Below, piece after piece: positions 18,106 through 27,493 of a DNA stretch of 59,730 nt. The stretch is taken from the NCBI GenBank assembly GCA_964347555.1, contig CAYFZT010000001.1, positions 1 through 59,730 on the forward strand, in the 5' to 3' direction. A model generated the notes under the pieces. The model ran no database searches. It worked only from the letters and a program-made list of their open reading frames with translations, and was not told the origin of the DNA. Every line of letters starts with the position of its first letter. The stretch's first letter is position 1. The position numbers and the translations under genes are program-made. Source of the DNA: an uncultured Candidatus Bathyarchaeia archaeon. GTDB taxonomy: Archaea; Thermoproteota; Bathyarchaeia; Bathyarchaeales; Bathyarchaeaceae.

Positions 18106-18706
18106 CGACCTAATCAATACCGTTTTGCTGATTGTGTACAATGCTTTCATAATTCTTTACGTCTCTCGTAAAGTCAACGAGAAGTTCGGGAGATACATGG
18201 CTAGGAAGACTATTCATGTGTTTTCTGCTGGAGTCAGCTTGATTCTCAGCCCGTTCTTATTCAGCAGCCTACTTTTCCCTCTCATGTTCGCTGGACTTAT
18301 GATATTATTCACGGTCGCAGGCCATATTAAGAATCTTTTCGGGTGGTTTCAAGAGAATAAAAACTACGCCGACGTCTATTTCACAGTGACTTGCACGTTG
18401 TTGCTGACTCTATTCTGGAATTACAATATTTGGATAGGCGTTCTCTCCTGTCTCTTCATGGCTTGGGGAGACGGCGTTACAGGCCTTGTAAGGTATCTTG
18501 TCTATAAGAGACGAACAAAGGGAATCTGGGGAAACATAGCAATGTTCCTTCTCTGCGCTGGTTTAGGATACTTTCTGCGCGCGCGGTATAGCGGACTCAT
18601 CAGAGGAGCCTTTTCTAGTATCATAGAAAAATTTGAAAAGTTAGATGACAACATATCCGTGCCCTTTGGCTCTGCAGTAGTTATGACAGTCCTCGGGTTC
18701 TTGTAA
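18095..18706 (+). CDS. Polytopic membrane protein, possibly of the polyprenol/phytol kinase or cytidylyltransferase family
   Basis: Six or so TM segments and a WGDGVTGLVR motif resembling the dolichol/phytol kinase family. Overlaps the rhomboid gene by 11 nt. The functional call is weak. Confidence 0.4.
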   Translation: MNSSDLINTVLLIVYNAFIILYVSRKVNEKFGRYMARKTIHVFSAGVSLILSPFLFSSLLFPLMFAGLMILFTVAGHIKNLFGWFQENKNYADVYFTVTCTLLLTLFWNYNIWIGVLSCLFMAWGDGVTGLVRYLVYKRRTKGIWGNIAMFLLCAGLGYFLRARYSGLIRGAFSSIIEKFEKLDDNISVPFGSAVVMTVLGFL

Positions 18707-18798
18707 ACGTGTTTGTATTTCGAGACGCAAAGCTTAATTCATAAATTAAAGGCAATTAGGATTGAACTTAGCTTTCCAAGAAGCTGAGAGGTGAAGAA

Positions 18799-19836
18799 AT
18801 GGCAAGACTAGCGCAACTAAAGCTTTCTATGGGAACTTCAGTACTCTTAGTTTCAATAATCTTTGCCGTTTTTCTCGCCGTGATAATGGCGATTTTACAG
18901 CTCAATCTCATATGGGCTTTAGTCATAACTATCATTTTCATATTAATACAGTATCTGATCGGTCCAGCTATAGTGAGGGCGTCCACAAATCTCAGGGATC
19001 TACGTTCAGGAGAACATCCCTGGCTGGAATCCACAGTCAAGGATTTAGCCCAAAAGAGTGGGATTCCAATGCCTCGGCTGGCAATTGTACCAGATGACAC
19101 ACCTAACGCCTTTGTTTTCGGAAGAACAACCAGTGACGCCACTCTGGCTGTTCATGAAGGTTTGTTAACCCAGCTTAACCAAGATGAGATTCGAGGCGTC
19201 CTTGGGCACGAGCTTGGGCATATTCGGCACAGGGACTTCTTGATTATGACTGCCCTTTCTTCTCTTCCTCTCTTGGCTTACTTGATATTTCGGGGTACAT
19301 ATGGAGCTGCTTGGGTCAGTGGAAGGGCGTCTAGGAAAAAGGAGGGTGGAGGCGTTGCGGCTGCACTTTTCCTAGTTGCCATTGTCTCCTATGTTATCTA
19401 TATTGTTTCCTTACTGTGTGTCATGAGGCTAAGCCGCCTGCGAGAGCATTACGCTGACGCTTACTCAGCTTATGTGACAGAGTCTCCTCATCAACTGTCA
19501 AGCGCTCTAACCAAAATCACCTACGGATTGTCATTGTCGCCGAAGCCTCCTCACGGCGCTAGAATGTTTTACATAGGTGACCCCGCCCTTGCAAAACTGG
19601 AGGTTCAAGGTCTGTTGCAGCGAAAATCGGAGTATGACATCGATAAGGACGGCGTTCTAGACGAGAGAGAGCTTGAACTTGCCATGGAGAAAGAAGCTAC
19701 ATCTAGGTGGGTATCTGTCAACCGTCTGTTTCAAACTCATCCGCCAACTTTTCAACGAATCCTTTTGTTGCGCGAGATTGAAAAGGAGATGGAGAGCGGC
19801 AGATACACAACTGACCGCGTATATGCTCACGTTTGA
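18799..19836 (+). CDS. htpX: M48-family zinc metalloprotease HtpX
   Basis: HELGHIRHRD (HExxH), N-terminal TM pair, and a downstream EHYAD glutamate motif. Confidence 0.8.
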   Translation: MARLAQLKLSMGTSVLLVSIIFAVFLAVIMAILQLNLIWALVITIIFILIQYLIGPAIVRASTNLRDLRSGEHPWLESTVKDLAQKSGIPMPRLAIVPDDTPNAFVFGRTTSDATLAVHEGLLTQLNQDEIRGVLGHELGHIRHRDFLIMTALSSLPLLAYLIFRGTYGAAWVSGRASRKKEGGGVAAALFLVAIVSYVIYIVSLLCVMRLSRLREHYADAYSAYVTESPHQLSSALTKITYGLSLSPKPPHGARMFYIGDPALAKLEVQGLLQRKSEYDIDKDGVLDERELELAMEKEATSRWVSVNRLFQTHPPTFQRILLLREIEKEMESGRYTTDRVYAHV

Positions 19837-19953
19837 CACTGCAAAATGCATGCTTCGATGTCAACACGCACGCACCATACTTGATTTAGAATCTTGATTT
19901 TTCCTTCATAACTCATTTGTAACTAAAGAAATCAGCTAGTCCCTTGTGGGAAA

Positions 19954-20091
19954 ATGAGCGAAGAACTGAAGAAAATTCAGCGCGAAATCACCAGCCTCAG
20001 GAAAAACCTTGAGGAATTACGGCGTCTCTACTCAGACTGCAACCACGTTAAAAAGTTGCGTAGAGACCTAGTTAGAACTCGATACGATTAG
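19954..20091 (+). CDS. Possible 45-aa coiled-coil micro-protein
   Basis: ATG-initiated MSEELKKIQREITSLRKNLEELRRLYSDCNHVKKLRRDLVRTRYD, read by eye. There is no supporting homology. Confidence 0.25.
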   Translation: MSEELKKIQREITSLRKNLEELRRLYSDCNHVKKLRRDLVRTRYD

Positions 20092-20407
20092 ATGGCGCGC
20101 ATTATTTGGCGTTTCTAGGCGTCTATCAGATTACTTGACCTAACGATCTTTCATCGTGTAGCCTTCATCGAGCAGGAACGAGGTGATTACCGCCTGCTGA
20201 TTTGGCGCCTCTCCTGAAAGACTTTACCTAACGCCTGAAATGCGTGCGCATTAGCGGTTGCTGGCTTCTCTTTTCCCTCCTCCTCTTATGTAGAGAGGTG
20301 TGGTGTTTGGTGAGAGAGTGAGAGGAAAGAGATGGTTAGAGAAATGCCTTTTCCACACCTCAAGAACACCTCGGAAAACAGAGAAATAATAATTTAACGC
20401 AAAAATG

Positions 20408-20431
20408 TTCTATAGAACAATCTTCTATAGG
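20408..20431. promoter_or_regulatory. Two adjacent copies of the palindrome TTCTATAGAA, just 3' of the kor operon
   Basis: TTCTATAGAA (20408-20417, perfectly self-complementary), caatc, then TTCTATAGg (20423-20431). On the minus strand they sit within T-rich tracts that could act as archaeal terminators. Confidence 0.25.
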
Positions 20432-20450
20432 TAAAAGAAGAATTATTGTT

Positions 20451-20987
20451 TTAGCCTTCTACGAGTTGGAGACCAAGTTTGAATCCGCGAAGGTTTTCCT
20501 TCAACATCTCTTCAGAAACGCTGTCTCTTAACGCCTTTTCCATGGCTTTTCGACTCACTACTCTTGTTACCTTAGTTAATGCGCCCAACATGATGATGTT
20601 GGCATAAATGCCTCGTTTAAGCACGGCTTCAGCAGTGTTTGTGGCTGAAACCCAGAAGATTTTTGCTTTCAATTTTGGGATTTCTTTAACCATGTCTTTA
20701 TCAACGAAGAGTATACCATCTTCCTTCAGGCCTTTCAGATGCTTACCTAGTGCGGTTTGACTCATTGCTACTAGGATGTCGCATTTTCTTACCAAAGGGA
20801 ATTTTATTGGTCTGTCTGAAATGATTACTTCGCTCTTTGCAGCGCTTCCTCTGGCTTCTGCTCCGTAGCTTTGGGTCTGAACTGCATATTTTCCATCGTG
20901 AACTGCGGCTCTTCCCAAGATTTGTCCAGCTAGAACCACCCCTTGTCCGCCGAGTCCAGCAATCCTTGTTTCAATTCTACCTGACAC
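20451..20987 (-). CDS. korC: 2-oxoacid:ferredoxin oxidoreductase, gamma subunit
   Basis: The RIAGLGGQGVVLAGQILGRAA N-terminus is typical of gamma subunits. Overlaps the beta-subunit gene. Confidence 0.75.
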   Translation of the reverse strand: MSGRIETRIAGLGGQGVVLAGQILGRAAVHDGKYAVQTQSYGAEARGSAAKSEVIISDRPIKFPLVRKCDILVAMSQTALGKHLKGLKEDGILFVDKDMVKEIPKLKAKIFWVSATNTAEAVLKRGIYANIIMLGALTKVTRVVSRKAMEKALRDSVSEEMLKENLRGFKLGLQLVEG

Positions 20988-21804
20988 TTTTCTCTGCCTC
21001 CTTCAAAGTTTCATAAAGATGTTCCCTCAAAGTAGGTCTTTTTCGATGTGCAAATTCTCCTACAACAATTTTGTTTTCAAGCTCTTTCTCTGTAACCTTT
21101 TCAGCTTGTTCAATTGGCAAGGAGCTTTCCTTAAACCAGCGAAGCATCGTAGCGGCATCTTTCAGTCCAATTCTTCTTCCAAAAGCTGTTGGACAAGGAC
21201 TCACTGCCTCAATGAATGCGAAACCTTTCGTTGTAATCGCCGTCTTCATCGCTTTTTTCAACTGTTCAAAATGTATAGTCGTCCAACGTGCTGCATAGTT
21301 TGCCCCTGCAGTGGCAATTAAGCGAACAGTGTCTAAGGAAGGGTCGAAACTGCCGTACGGTGTGGTCGAGGTTTTAACCCCAAGCGGCGTTGTCGGCGCC
21401 ACTTGCCCACCAGTCATGCCGTAGATCATATTGTTTACCATAACAGCCATTATGTCAACGTTTCTTCGAGCTGCATGAACTAGGTGGTTAAGTCCGATAC
21501 AAGCGAGGTCGCCGTCTCCTCCGAAAACAACGACATTGAGATCTGGACGCATAAGCTTGACTCCCATTGCAACTGGAATGCTTCTGCCATGAGTAGTGTG
21601 AATCGAGTCTGCCTCAAAATAGGGTGAAGGAATCCAAGCTGAGCAGCCTATTCCGCTGCAAAAAACGAATTTGCGAAGGCTCTCGTGCCCCAATTCATGA
21701 ATAGCTCTTAGAAAACAGTTCATAACGGTTATGCAACCGCAGCCTGCGCAGAATGGAAGCGTCAAATCCCTCAAATATTTTCTGATTGTAAAGGCTTCAG
21801 TCAA
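20977..21804 (-). CDS. korB: 2-oxoacid:ferredoxin oxidoreductase, beta subunit (TPP-binding)
   Basis: CAGCGC cysteine cluster and GDGD...NN TPP motif (FGGDGDLACIGLNHLVHAARRNVDIMAVMVNNMIYGMTGGQ). Confidence 0.8.
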   Translation of the reverse strand: MTEAFTIRKYLRDLTLPFCAGCGCITVMNCFLRAIHELGHESLRKFVFCSGIGCSAWIPSPYFEADSIHTTHGRSIPVAMGVKLMRPDLNVVVFGGDGDLACIGLNHLVHAARRNVDIMAVMVNNMIYGMTGGQVAPTTPLGVKTSTTPYGSFDPSLDTVRLIATAGANYAARWTTIHFEQLKKAMKTAITTKGFAFIEAVSPCPTAFGRRIGLKDAATMLRWFKESSLPIEQAEKVTEKELENKIVVGEFAHRKRPTLREHLYETLKEAEKSVR

Positions 21805-22946
21805 CTTGATTTCACTCTCCTAACAATTTCCGTCAGCAATTCTTCAGGCGTTATCATCTCTCCTCCACCAATCTTGTTTAGCGAAACAACTTCTGCTGCG
21901 CCTTGAACTATTCGCTCTACCTCATAGACGATTTCTCCCAGATTCATCTCGGGCACAATCACAACATGAGCCATTTGAGCCATTGAACGCACAGTCTTTT
22001 CTGGAAACGGCCAGATAGTTTTCAACCTGACGAATCCAACTTTGATTCCTTTTTCTTCAGCCAGTTCCACCGCTTCGTAAGCTGCTCTCGAAGTGCATCC
22101 GAAGGAGACTATTCCCACCTCGCAATCGTCAGTGTTATACTCTTCAAAGTCAACGATTTTCTCGGCGTTACTTCGAATCTTTTCGACTAGATTTCCCACT
22201 AGTCGTCTGTGAACCAACGGGTCAGCTGTGAAGCGACGTCCATGTTCATCGTGGGTTGAGCCAGTAACCGCCACATTGTAGCCTTCCCCAACTGAGGGCA
22301 TCGGCGCTACTTCCTTCAAGCCAAAAAATTCTTTTTCTGTTGATTTCGGCTTCTTCCTCTCAACTACTGTCAACTTTTCTAAAGGCGGAATAACGATTCT
22401 TTCCCTCATGTGAGCCACAATTTCGTCAGCCAAAAGCACAATTGGCGTCCGATAGGTTTCAGCCAAACTAAACGCTTGAATCGTCAATTCAAACATCTCT
22501 TGCACAGAATTAGGCGCCAATACAATAGAAGCATAATCGCCATGAGGACCCCAACGCGCCTGCATAATGTCGCCTTGACCGCATTTGGTTGCTTGACCAG
22601 TGCTTGGACCAGCCCGTTGAACATCCACCACTACACAAGGAGTTTCAGTCATAAACGCGTAACCTAAAAACTCTTGCATCAAACTGAAGCCTGGACCCGA
22701 CGTAGCAGTCATAGCCTTCGCTCCAGTCCAGCTGGCACCAATAACCGCACCTAAAGCAGCCATTTCATCCTCCATTTGAATAGTGATTCCACCGTTCTGA
22801 GGCAGCCTTAATGCTATGTGTTCCAAAATTTCACTTGCCGGCGTAATGGGGTACCCTGCAAAAAAACGGCATCCAGCAGCGATTGCTCCTTCTGCACAGG
22901 CTTCGTTTCCTTGCCAAAAATGGGTTCCAGCTTTGGGTTTCGCCAT
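21801..22946 (-). CDS. korA: 2-oxoacid:ferredoxin oxidoreductase, alpha subunit
   Basis: WQGNEACAEGAIAAGCRFFAGYPITPASEI and TSGPGFSLMQE. No delta (ferredoxin) subunit gene is present in the operon. Confidence 0.8.
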   Translation of the reverse strand: MAKPKAGTHFWQGNEACAEGAIAAGCRFFAGYPITPASEILEHIALRLPQNGGITIQMEDEMAALGAVIGASWTGAKAMTATSGPGFSLMQEFLGYAFMTETPCVVVDVQRAGPSTGQATKCGQGDIMQARWGPHGDYASIVLAPNSVQEMFELTIQAFSLAETYRTPIVLLADEIVAHMRERIVIPPLEKLTVVERKKPKSTEKEFFGLKEVAPMPSVGEGYNVAVTGSTHDEHGRRFTADPLVHRRLVGNLVEKIRSNAEKIVDFEEYNTDDCEVGIVSFGCTSRAAYEAVELAEEKGIKVGFVRLKTIWPFPEKTVRSMAQMAHVVIVPEMNLGEIVYEVERIVQGAAEVVSLNKIGGGEMITPEELLTEIVRRVKSS

Positions 22947-23008
22947 AGCTATTTCTCCATTTGAATCGTTAATGGTGCAACTTTGGAGATTAGAAAAGTG
23001 TATGCGTG

Positions 23009-23016
23009 TATTTATA
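23009..23016 (-). promoter_or_regulatory. Candidate TATA box for the kor operon
   Basis: The minus strand reads TATAAATA about 63-70 nt upstream of the korA ATG. GGAGA lies 8 nt before the ATG. Confidence 0.3.
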
Positions 23017-23156
23017 CATACGTGTTTTTACTCTGAGCCGTCTTCTCGATTTGCTCTTCTTAAGGTTCTATTTGACTACACCTTGCTTTAATCCAAAAAA
23101 GGCTTTAGATTATAAAATTGCCAATCCAGAAAAAGGAAAAGGGAAGTGGGCAGCAG

Positions 23157-24266
23157 CTATAATCTCGCTTGTTTCACCCACGACAAGACTTCTTCTACAG
23201 TAGGTTTCTCAGCTTCGGAAATTTTTTTCTCATCAACAAAGGTTCTGGCAACTTCTGCGAGCTCTCTGTAAAGTTCAAAGGGATCCTGTTCCGCCAGTTC
23301 CCTTCTGTTCGTGACATCAACCTTCTCCAGAAGCTCCACATCTGTATCGTTGATACCTGGAATCATTAGAAGCTGAACTGTTCCTTGGAGGCGCTCCGCT
23401 GTTTCTCGAGTCAGACGGGTTTTTTCATCAATTACCGCCGGATCTGCAGTGAGAATATCGGCAACGTTGTTTATTCCCATGGCTTTAAGCTCTTCTGCTA
23501 AACGTGGACCGACTCCTTTTATGTCTCTTGTATTGCTTTGACTTGTCATCAATGGTTTAGACGGCGCCAAAGTGGTTTCTAGGTTTTCTAACCTTGCTCT
23601 TATATCATCCATGTCGACTGTGGCCTTCTCGATAGTCTTTGTGCTTTTTCTGCTTGAACGTGCCACTCTTTGTATGACTTCTTCTTGTTTTGCAAGTGCT
23701 TCTAATACTTCTTCTTTGACACCGCTGAGGTTAGTTTCTATTGTAGAGGACAATTCTTTCTTGGTCTTTTGAAGAGACTTCTCCTGTTTTTCCAAAGCGT
23801 TTAAAGTTGTTTTTCTGGTGTTCTCTAAGCTTGTTTTGAAATTTTGGGAAAACTTCTCGTTGATTTCTCTCTGGATTTCCATTCTCTCTAGCAGATCATT
23901 CTTTACTGCCTTCATGTATTTCATGTTGCCTTCAAGCCCCTCTTCTAACGTTGTCTTGTTAGCTGCGATATTGTCGTTTATCCTGACAAGCATCTCTACA
24001 AGGGTTGGGTCTAAAGGCGGCTTCCTGAACGCCATGACTGCAGTGCACCCTAAGAAAACTAAGGTGGCAACCATGGATATCCAGAAGTAGAGTTCTGCTT
24101 GTATATTTCCAGTGAATTGGCCTATGAGGTATGGTTCAAATTCGAAAGTGCTATCATACAACGTCCACATCAGCACCGCGTTGAAGGCGTTCAAAGCAGC
24201 TAGAAGAGTTAGAAATCCTAATATCCAAACTGCCGCTCCTTTTTTTAGATAAGCTGACATGCACAT
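23157..24266 (-). CDS. Membrane-anchored coiled-coil protein with C-terminal helix-hairpin-helix modules
   Basis: Two or three N-terminal TM helices, about 170 aa of coiled coil, then IKGVGPRLAEELKAMGINNVADIL and LMIPGINDTDVELLEKVDVTNRRELA (HhH/DUF4332-like). Confidence 0.6.
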   Translation of the reverse strand: MCMSAYLKKGAAVWILGFLTLLAALNAFNAVLMWTLYDSTFEFEPYLIGQFTGNIQAELYFWISMVATLVFLGCTAVMAFRKPPLDPTLVEMLVRINDNIAANKTTLEEGLEGNMKYMKAVKNDLLERMEIQREINEKFSQNFKTSLENTRKTTLNALEKQEKSLQKTKKELSSTIETNLSGVKEEVLEALAKQEEVIQRVARSSRKSTKTIEKATVDMDDIRARLENLETTLAPSKPLMTSQSNTRDIKGVGPRLAEELKAMGINNVADILTADPAVIDEKTRLTRETAERLQGTVQLLMIPGINDTDVELLEKVDVTNRRELAEQDPFELYRELAEVARTFVDEKKISEAEKPTVEEVLSWVKQARL

Positions 24267-24401
24267 ACCTCTATTTGAACGTCTTATTTGTCGTTAGGCA
24301 TTTATCTTATTTATGATGCCTTAGAAGAGAAAAATTTAGAATCTTCAGCAATAGGCGCAACTTGCTTGCTTGAAGGATGCCTAGAAAGTTTAAAAGTGAA
24401 G

Positions 24402-24409
24402 TTTATATT
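24402..24409 (+). promoter_or_regulatory. Candidate TATA box for the TIP49-like gene
   Basis: TTTATATT lies about 50-58 nt upstream of the ATG at 24460. GGTGA lies 8 nt upstream of that ATG. Confidence 0.3.
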
Positions 24410-24459
24410 TTAGTTTTTTCTCTTTACATGCGATTTTGCATTTCAAAAAGGTGATGTTT

Positions 24460-25839
24460 ATGGCATCTATCAAAGAGTTACCGACACGTTCTACAACCCG
24501 ATTTGAAAGAATAGGTGCTCACACCCACATTAAGGGTCTAGGCTTAGATGAAAACTTGAAGGCGGTTAAAATCAAGGATGGAATGGTAGGGCAAGAACGC
24601 GCTAGAGAAGCCGCTGGTCTCGTTGTTCAGATGATTAGAGAAGGAAAGCTAAGTGGAAAAACTGTTATTTTTGCTGGTCCTCCAGGAACAGGAAAAACAG
24701 CTCTCGCTGTAGCAATCTCTAAGGAGCTGGGTGAAAACGTGCCGTTCATCCAGATTAGTGGAAGCGAAATATACAGCAGTGAACGCAAGAAGACAGAGAT
24801 TCTCATTGGAGCCATAAGAAAATGCTTAGGCGTTGAGATTCACGAGATGCGCAAAGTCTACGAAGGCGAACTCACAAGCATGGACATAAAAACTGCTCCC
24901 CATCCCTACAATCCATACCAAAAAGTTCCTGACAGCGTAAAGCTCACGTTGAAGACTCGGGATGAAGAGAAGACCATTGAAGCTGGGGCTCCTATCGCTC
25001 AACAAGTCATTCAGCAGAACATATCGGAAGGTTATGTGCTACAAATCGACGCTGAAACTGGACGAGTTGCTAATCTCGGCATAAGTATGGAAAGCGCTAA
25101 GGGAAAAACCTATGACATAGACACGAGGAAAAAGATTCCACGTCCTCAAGGAAAAGTGCTCAAAGAAAAAGAGTTTGTTTACACCCCTACCTTAGCAGAT
25201 ATGGACGAAATTAACGCCCGCCAAAGACTAGGAGGCGGAATCTTCTCTATGTTCCTCGGAGGTGCAGAAACCAAAGAGATCGATACTGAAATCCGCACAG
25301 CCGTAGATGAAGCAGTCAAGAAAATGGTGGATGAAAAGAGAGCTTTCATTCATCCTGGCGTGTTATTCATTGATGACTCGCACTTGCTAGACTTGGAAGC
25401 ATTCAGCTTCTTAGGTAGAGCCATCGAAAGTGAGCTCGTGCCCATCATAATATTAGCCACAAATCGCGGTGTTACTACTATCCGTGGTACAGATGTTAAA
25501 AGTCCCATGGGCTTCCCTCTAGACCTTGTTGACCGCTCAGTAATCATCGGAACTGAAGATTATGATGCTGCTAGCATTCGCGAAATCTTAAAGATACGAT
25601 CCAAAGAGGAGAAGATAAACATTAGAGAAGATGCCCTAGAGAAGATTACAGAGGTTGGTGCTAAGACCTCTCTAAGATACTCGGTTCAACTTTTGAGCTT
25701 AGCCGCTCAGAACGCCAAAAGTGCTAAACGCAAAGATGTTACAATTAAGGATGTCGAACGAGTCAGCAAGCTTTTCATGGACATCTCTGAAGCCACACAG
25801 CACCTCAAGAAATATGAAGAGAAAATGATGTTTCACTGA
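24460..25839 (+). CDS. RuvB-like (TIP49/RuvBL) AAA+ ATPase
   Basis: RIGAHTHIKGLGLD, GQERAREAAG, Walker A GPPGTGKTALA, Walker B GVLFIDDSHLLD, and NRG...IRGTD. The track ORF begins at TTG 24436. The ATG at 24460 (or 24454) is preferred because of the GGTGA upstream. Confidence 0.85.
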   Translation: MASIKELPTRSTTRFERIGAHTHIKGLGLDENLKAVKIKDGMVGQERAREAAGLVVQMIREGKLSGKTVIFAGPPGTGKTALAVAISKELGENVPFIQISGSEIYSSERKKTEILIGAIRKCLGVEIHEMRKVYEGELTSMDIKTAPHPYNPYQKVPDSVKLTLKTRDEEKTIEAGAPIAQQVIQQNISEGYVLQIDAETGRVANLGISMESAKGKTYDIDTRKKIPRPQGKVLKEKEFVYTPTLADMDEINARQRLGGGIFSMFLGGAETKEIDTEIRTAVDEAVKKMVDEKRAFIHPGVLFIDDSHLLDLEAFSFLGRAIESELVPIIILATNRGVTTIRGTDVKSPMGFPLDLVDRSVIIGTEDYDAASIREILKIRSKEEKINIREDALEKITEVGAKTSLRYSVQLLSLAAQNAKSAKRKDVTIKDVERVSKLFMDISEATQHLKKYEEKMMFH

Positions 25840-25874
25840 CAGCATACAGCTTTTTTTAAACTAAAAACCAAGTT

Positions 25875-26597
25875 TTATGGAATATACTGTGCTGTAATGC
25901 CGTCGAATCTCACTGTTTTTTGCTCACCAGTTTTCATGTTTTGAAATCCTACTTTATAGATTGGAATGTATATCAAAGCTCGATCTGAAACCTCAAACAA
26001 CTCTCTTACTATTCGTTTGACTTCTCGAGGTCTTTTAGCTATCTTTGACTTGAGGACCTCTATCTCTTGATCTGAGAGAGGTTGAGTTTCTCCAGATTTC
26101 ACGTATTTAGCAAGTATCTTTCTTGGATTTTCTTCTTGTGGAGCCGAAGGTACACGTTTTGGCGAAACTTCACGTCCATTAGCGGTTAAGACCAGATACG
26201 CCTTGTCTTTATGGGTTATGCGCTCTTCTCCTTCTATCCTTACAGTTTTGTTTTGTCGCAGTTCTTTTGCTTCTTCCGGTTTAAGCGTATGATCCAAGAG
26301 AATAATCTCCTGCACATTTTGGTCAATTGGTATTGTATAGTTGCGTCTTCGATAGTAGTCGATTGTGTATTTTCCCTCGACAACAAAATAGGTCACGTAG
26401 TCTTTTTCAAAGGAGGTCTGTTGTACTTGGTCAGCTGGTGGCTTTAAAAATCCGTATCTCCGAAAAACTCTGTCTTTAACCTTCTCCGCAGCTAACTTGA
26501 CTATTGTAGGGTCAACTTGGGTTTTATAGACAATGAGCTTTCTTTCCACAATTTTTTCTGGCATTGGTTGAAGACTGTCGCTCATGATAGGCACCAA
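25875..26597 (-). CDS. Hypothetical protein
   Basis: 240-aa ORF with coding-like composition and no recognised motif. Confidence 0.5.
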   Translation of the reverse strand: MVPIMSDSLQPMPEKIVERKLIVYKTQVDPTIVKLAAEKVKDRVFRRYGFLKPPADQVQQTSFEKDYVTYFVVEGKYTIDYYRRRNYTIPIDQNVQEIILLDHTLKPEEAKELRQNKTVRIEGEERITHKDKAYLVLTANGREVSPKRVPSAPQEENPRKILAKYVKSGETQPLSDQEIEVLKSKIAKRPREVKRIVRELFEVSDRALIYIPIYKVGFQNMKTGEQKTVRFDGITAQYIP

Positions 26598-26794
26598 TTA
26601 TAAAAACGGATAGCTCTGCATTAATGGTTTATGAATTCACACTCTATAATTTCAGCTTAGATCCTTCATTGATCGGTGTTTTTCTCGAAAAACCTTCAAA
26701 TTCAGCCTTACTTATTGTTGAAACGAGAAATACTTTAAAACATAGAATTGCGCTTCGGCATCAAAAAAGTGTTCAAAAGAAGCCCTTTTGCAAT

Positions 26795-27493
26795 TTAAGA
26801 TGAATATTGCGCGACTATCATGGCGTGGGCTTTGTCGTATGGTTCTAAATGCACGCTTTCTTCTACGCGGAATCCACGATTCTGCAAGGTTCTTACTTCT
26901 TGCTTATAGATTTGAGTCGGCTCCTTTGTTACGTCTATGCTATGGGCTTTGACGGCTAACATCATCCAGCCTTGGTTCAAAAGAAACATGTCAGCGTTGT
27001 CTGCCAAAATCTTGGCTTGCTCTGGCTGAGCTATGTCGCAGTAGATGTTGTCCACTTTGCCAACAATTGTGGAGTAGCGTTCAGGAAACCTTGCATCTGC
27101 AAGTATAGGAGACATATTAACTCTAAAAGCGCAAACGTTGTTAACTAGTTCTCTAATGGAACGAGACGCGAACTCCACGCAGAAGACATGTCCCTTTTCG
27201 CCAACTATATCGGAAACATGACTTGCAGTTGTTCCAGAAGCAGCACCCAGATACAACACCTTGTCATCTGGTTTAATGGGGATTACCTGCAAGCCTTTCA
27301 AAATAGCAGCTGCCATCTTGCTTCTGTAAGGGTCCCACACTCTATATTCTACACCCTTAAATTTGACTAATCGTTCACCATAAACGGTTCTGCCAGCAGC
27401 AAGATTCTTTGTGGCTAGTCTTTTGGAGCCATCTTCTAACGTGGCTATGTAAATTGCAGGAAAACCGGGATGCAGCTTAACGTCTATAGCCAC
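26795..27493 (-). CDS. flpA: Fibrillarin (C/D box sRNP 2'-O-methyltransferase)
   Basis: YRVWDPYRSKMAAAILKG, SAM motif VLYLGAASGTTASHVSDIVG, and CDIAQPEQA. The preferred start is the GTG at 27493 (GGAG 8 nt upstream), overlapping the nop5 3' end by 17 nt. The Arg-rich extension to 27589 looks like an out-of-frame read of the nop5 tail. Confidence 0.9.
   Translation of the reverse strand: MAIDVKLHPGFPAIYIATLEDGSKRLATKNLAAGRTVYGERLVKFKGVEYRVWDPYRSKMAAAILKGLQVIPIKPDDKVLYLGAASGTTASHVSDIVGEKGHVFCVEFASRSIRELVNNVCAFRVNMSPILADARFPERYSTIVGKVDNIYCDIAQPEQAKILADNADMFLLNQGWMMLAVKAHSIDVTKEPTQIYKQEVRTLQNRGFRVEESVHLEPYDKAHAMIVAQYSS

Noticed and set aside
20092-20400. Specific identity of the candidate structured RNA as SRP (7S) RNA or RNase P RNA
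   Set aside because: I could not locate the conserved helix-8 GNAR/AGCA elements or the RNase P CR-I/CR-V motifs by eye. It is kept only as an unclassified candidate.
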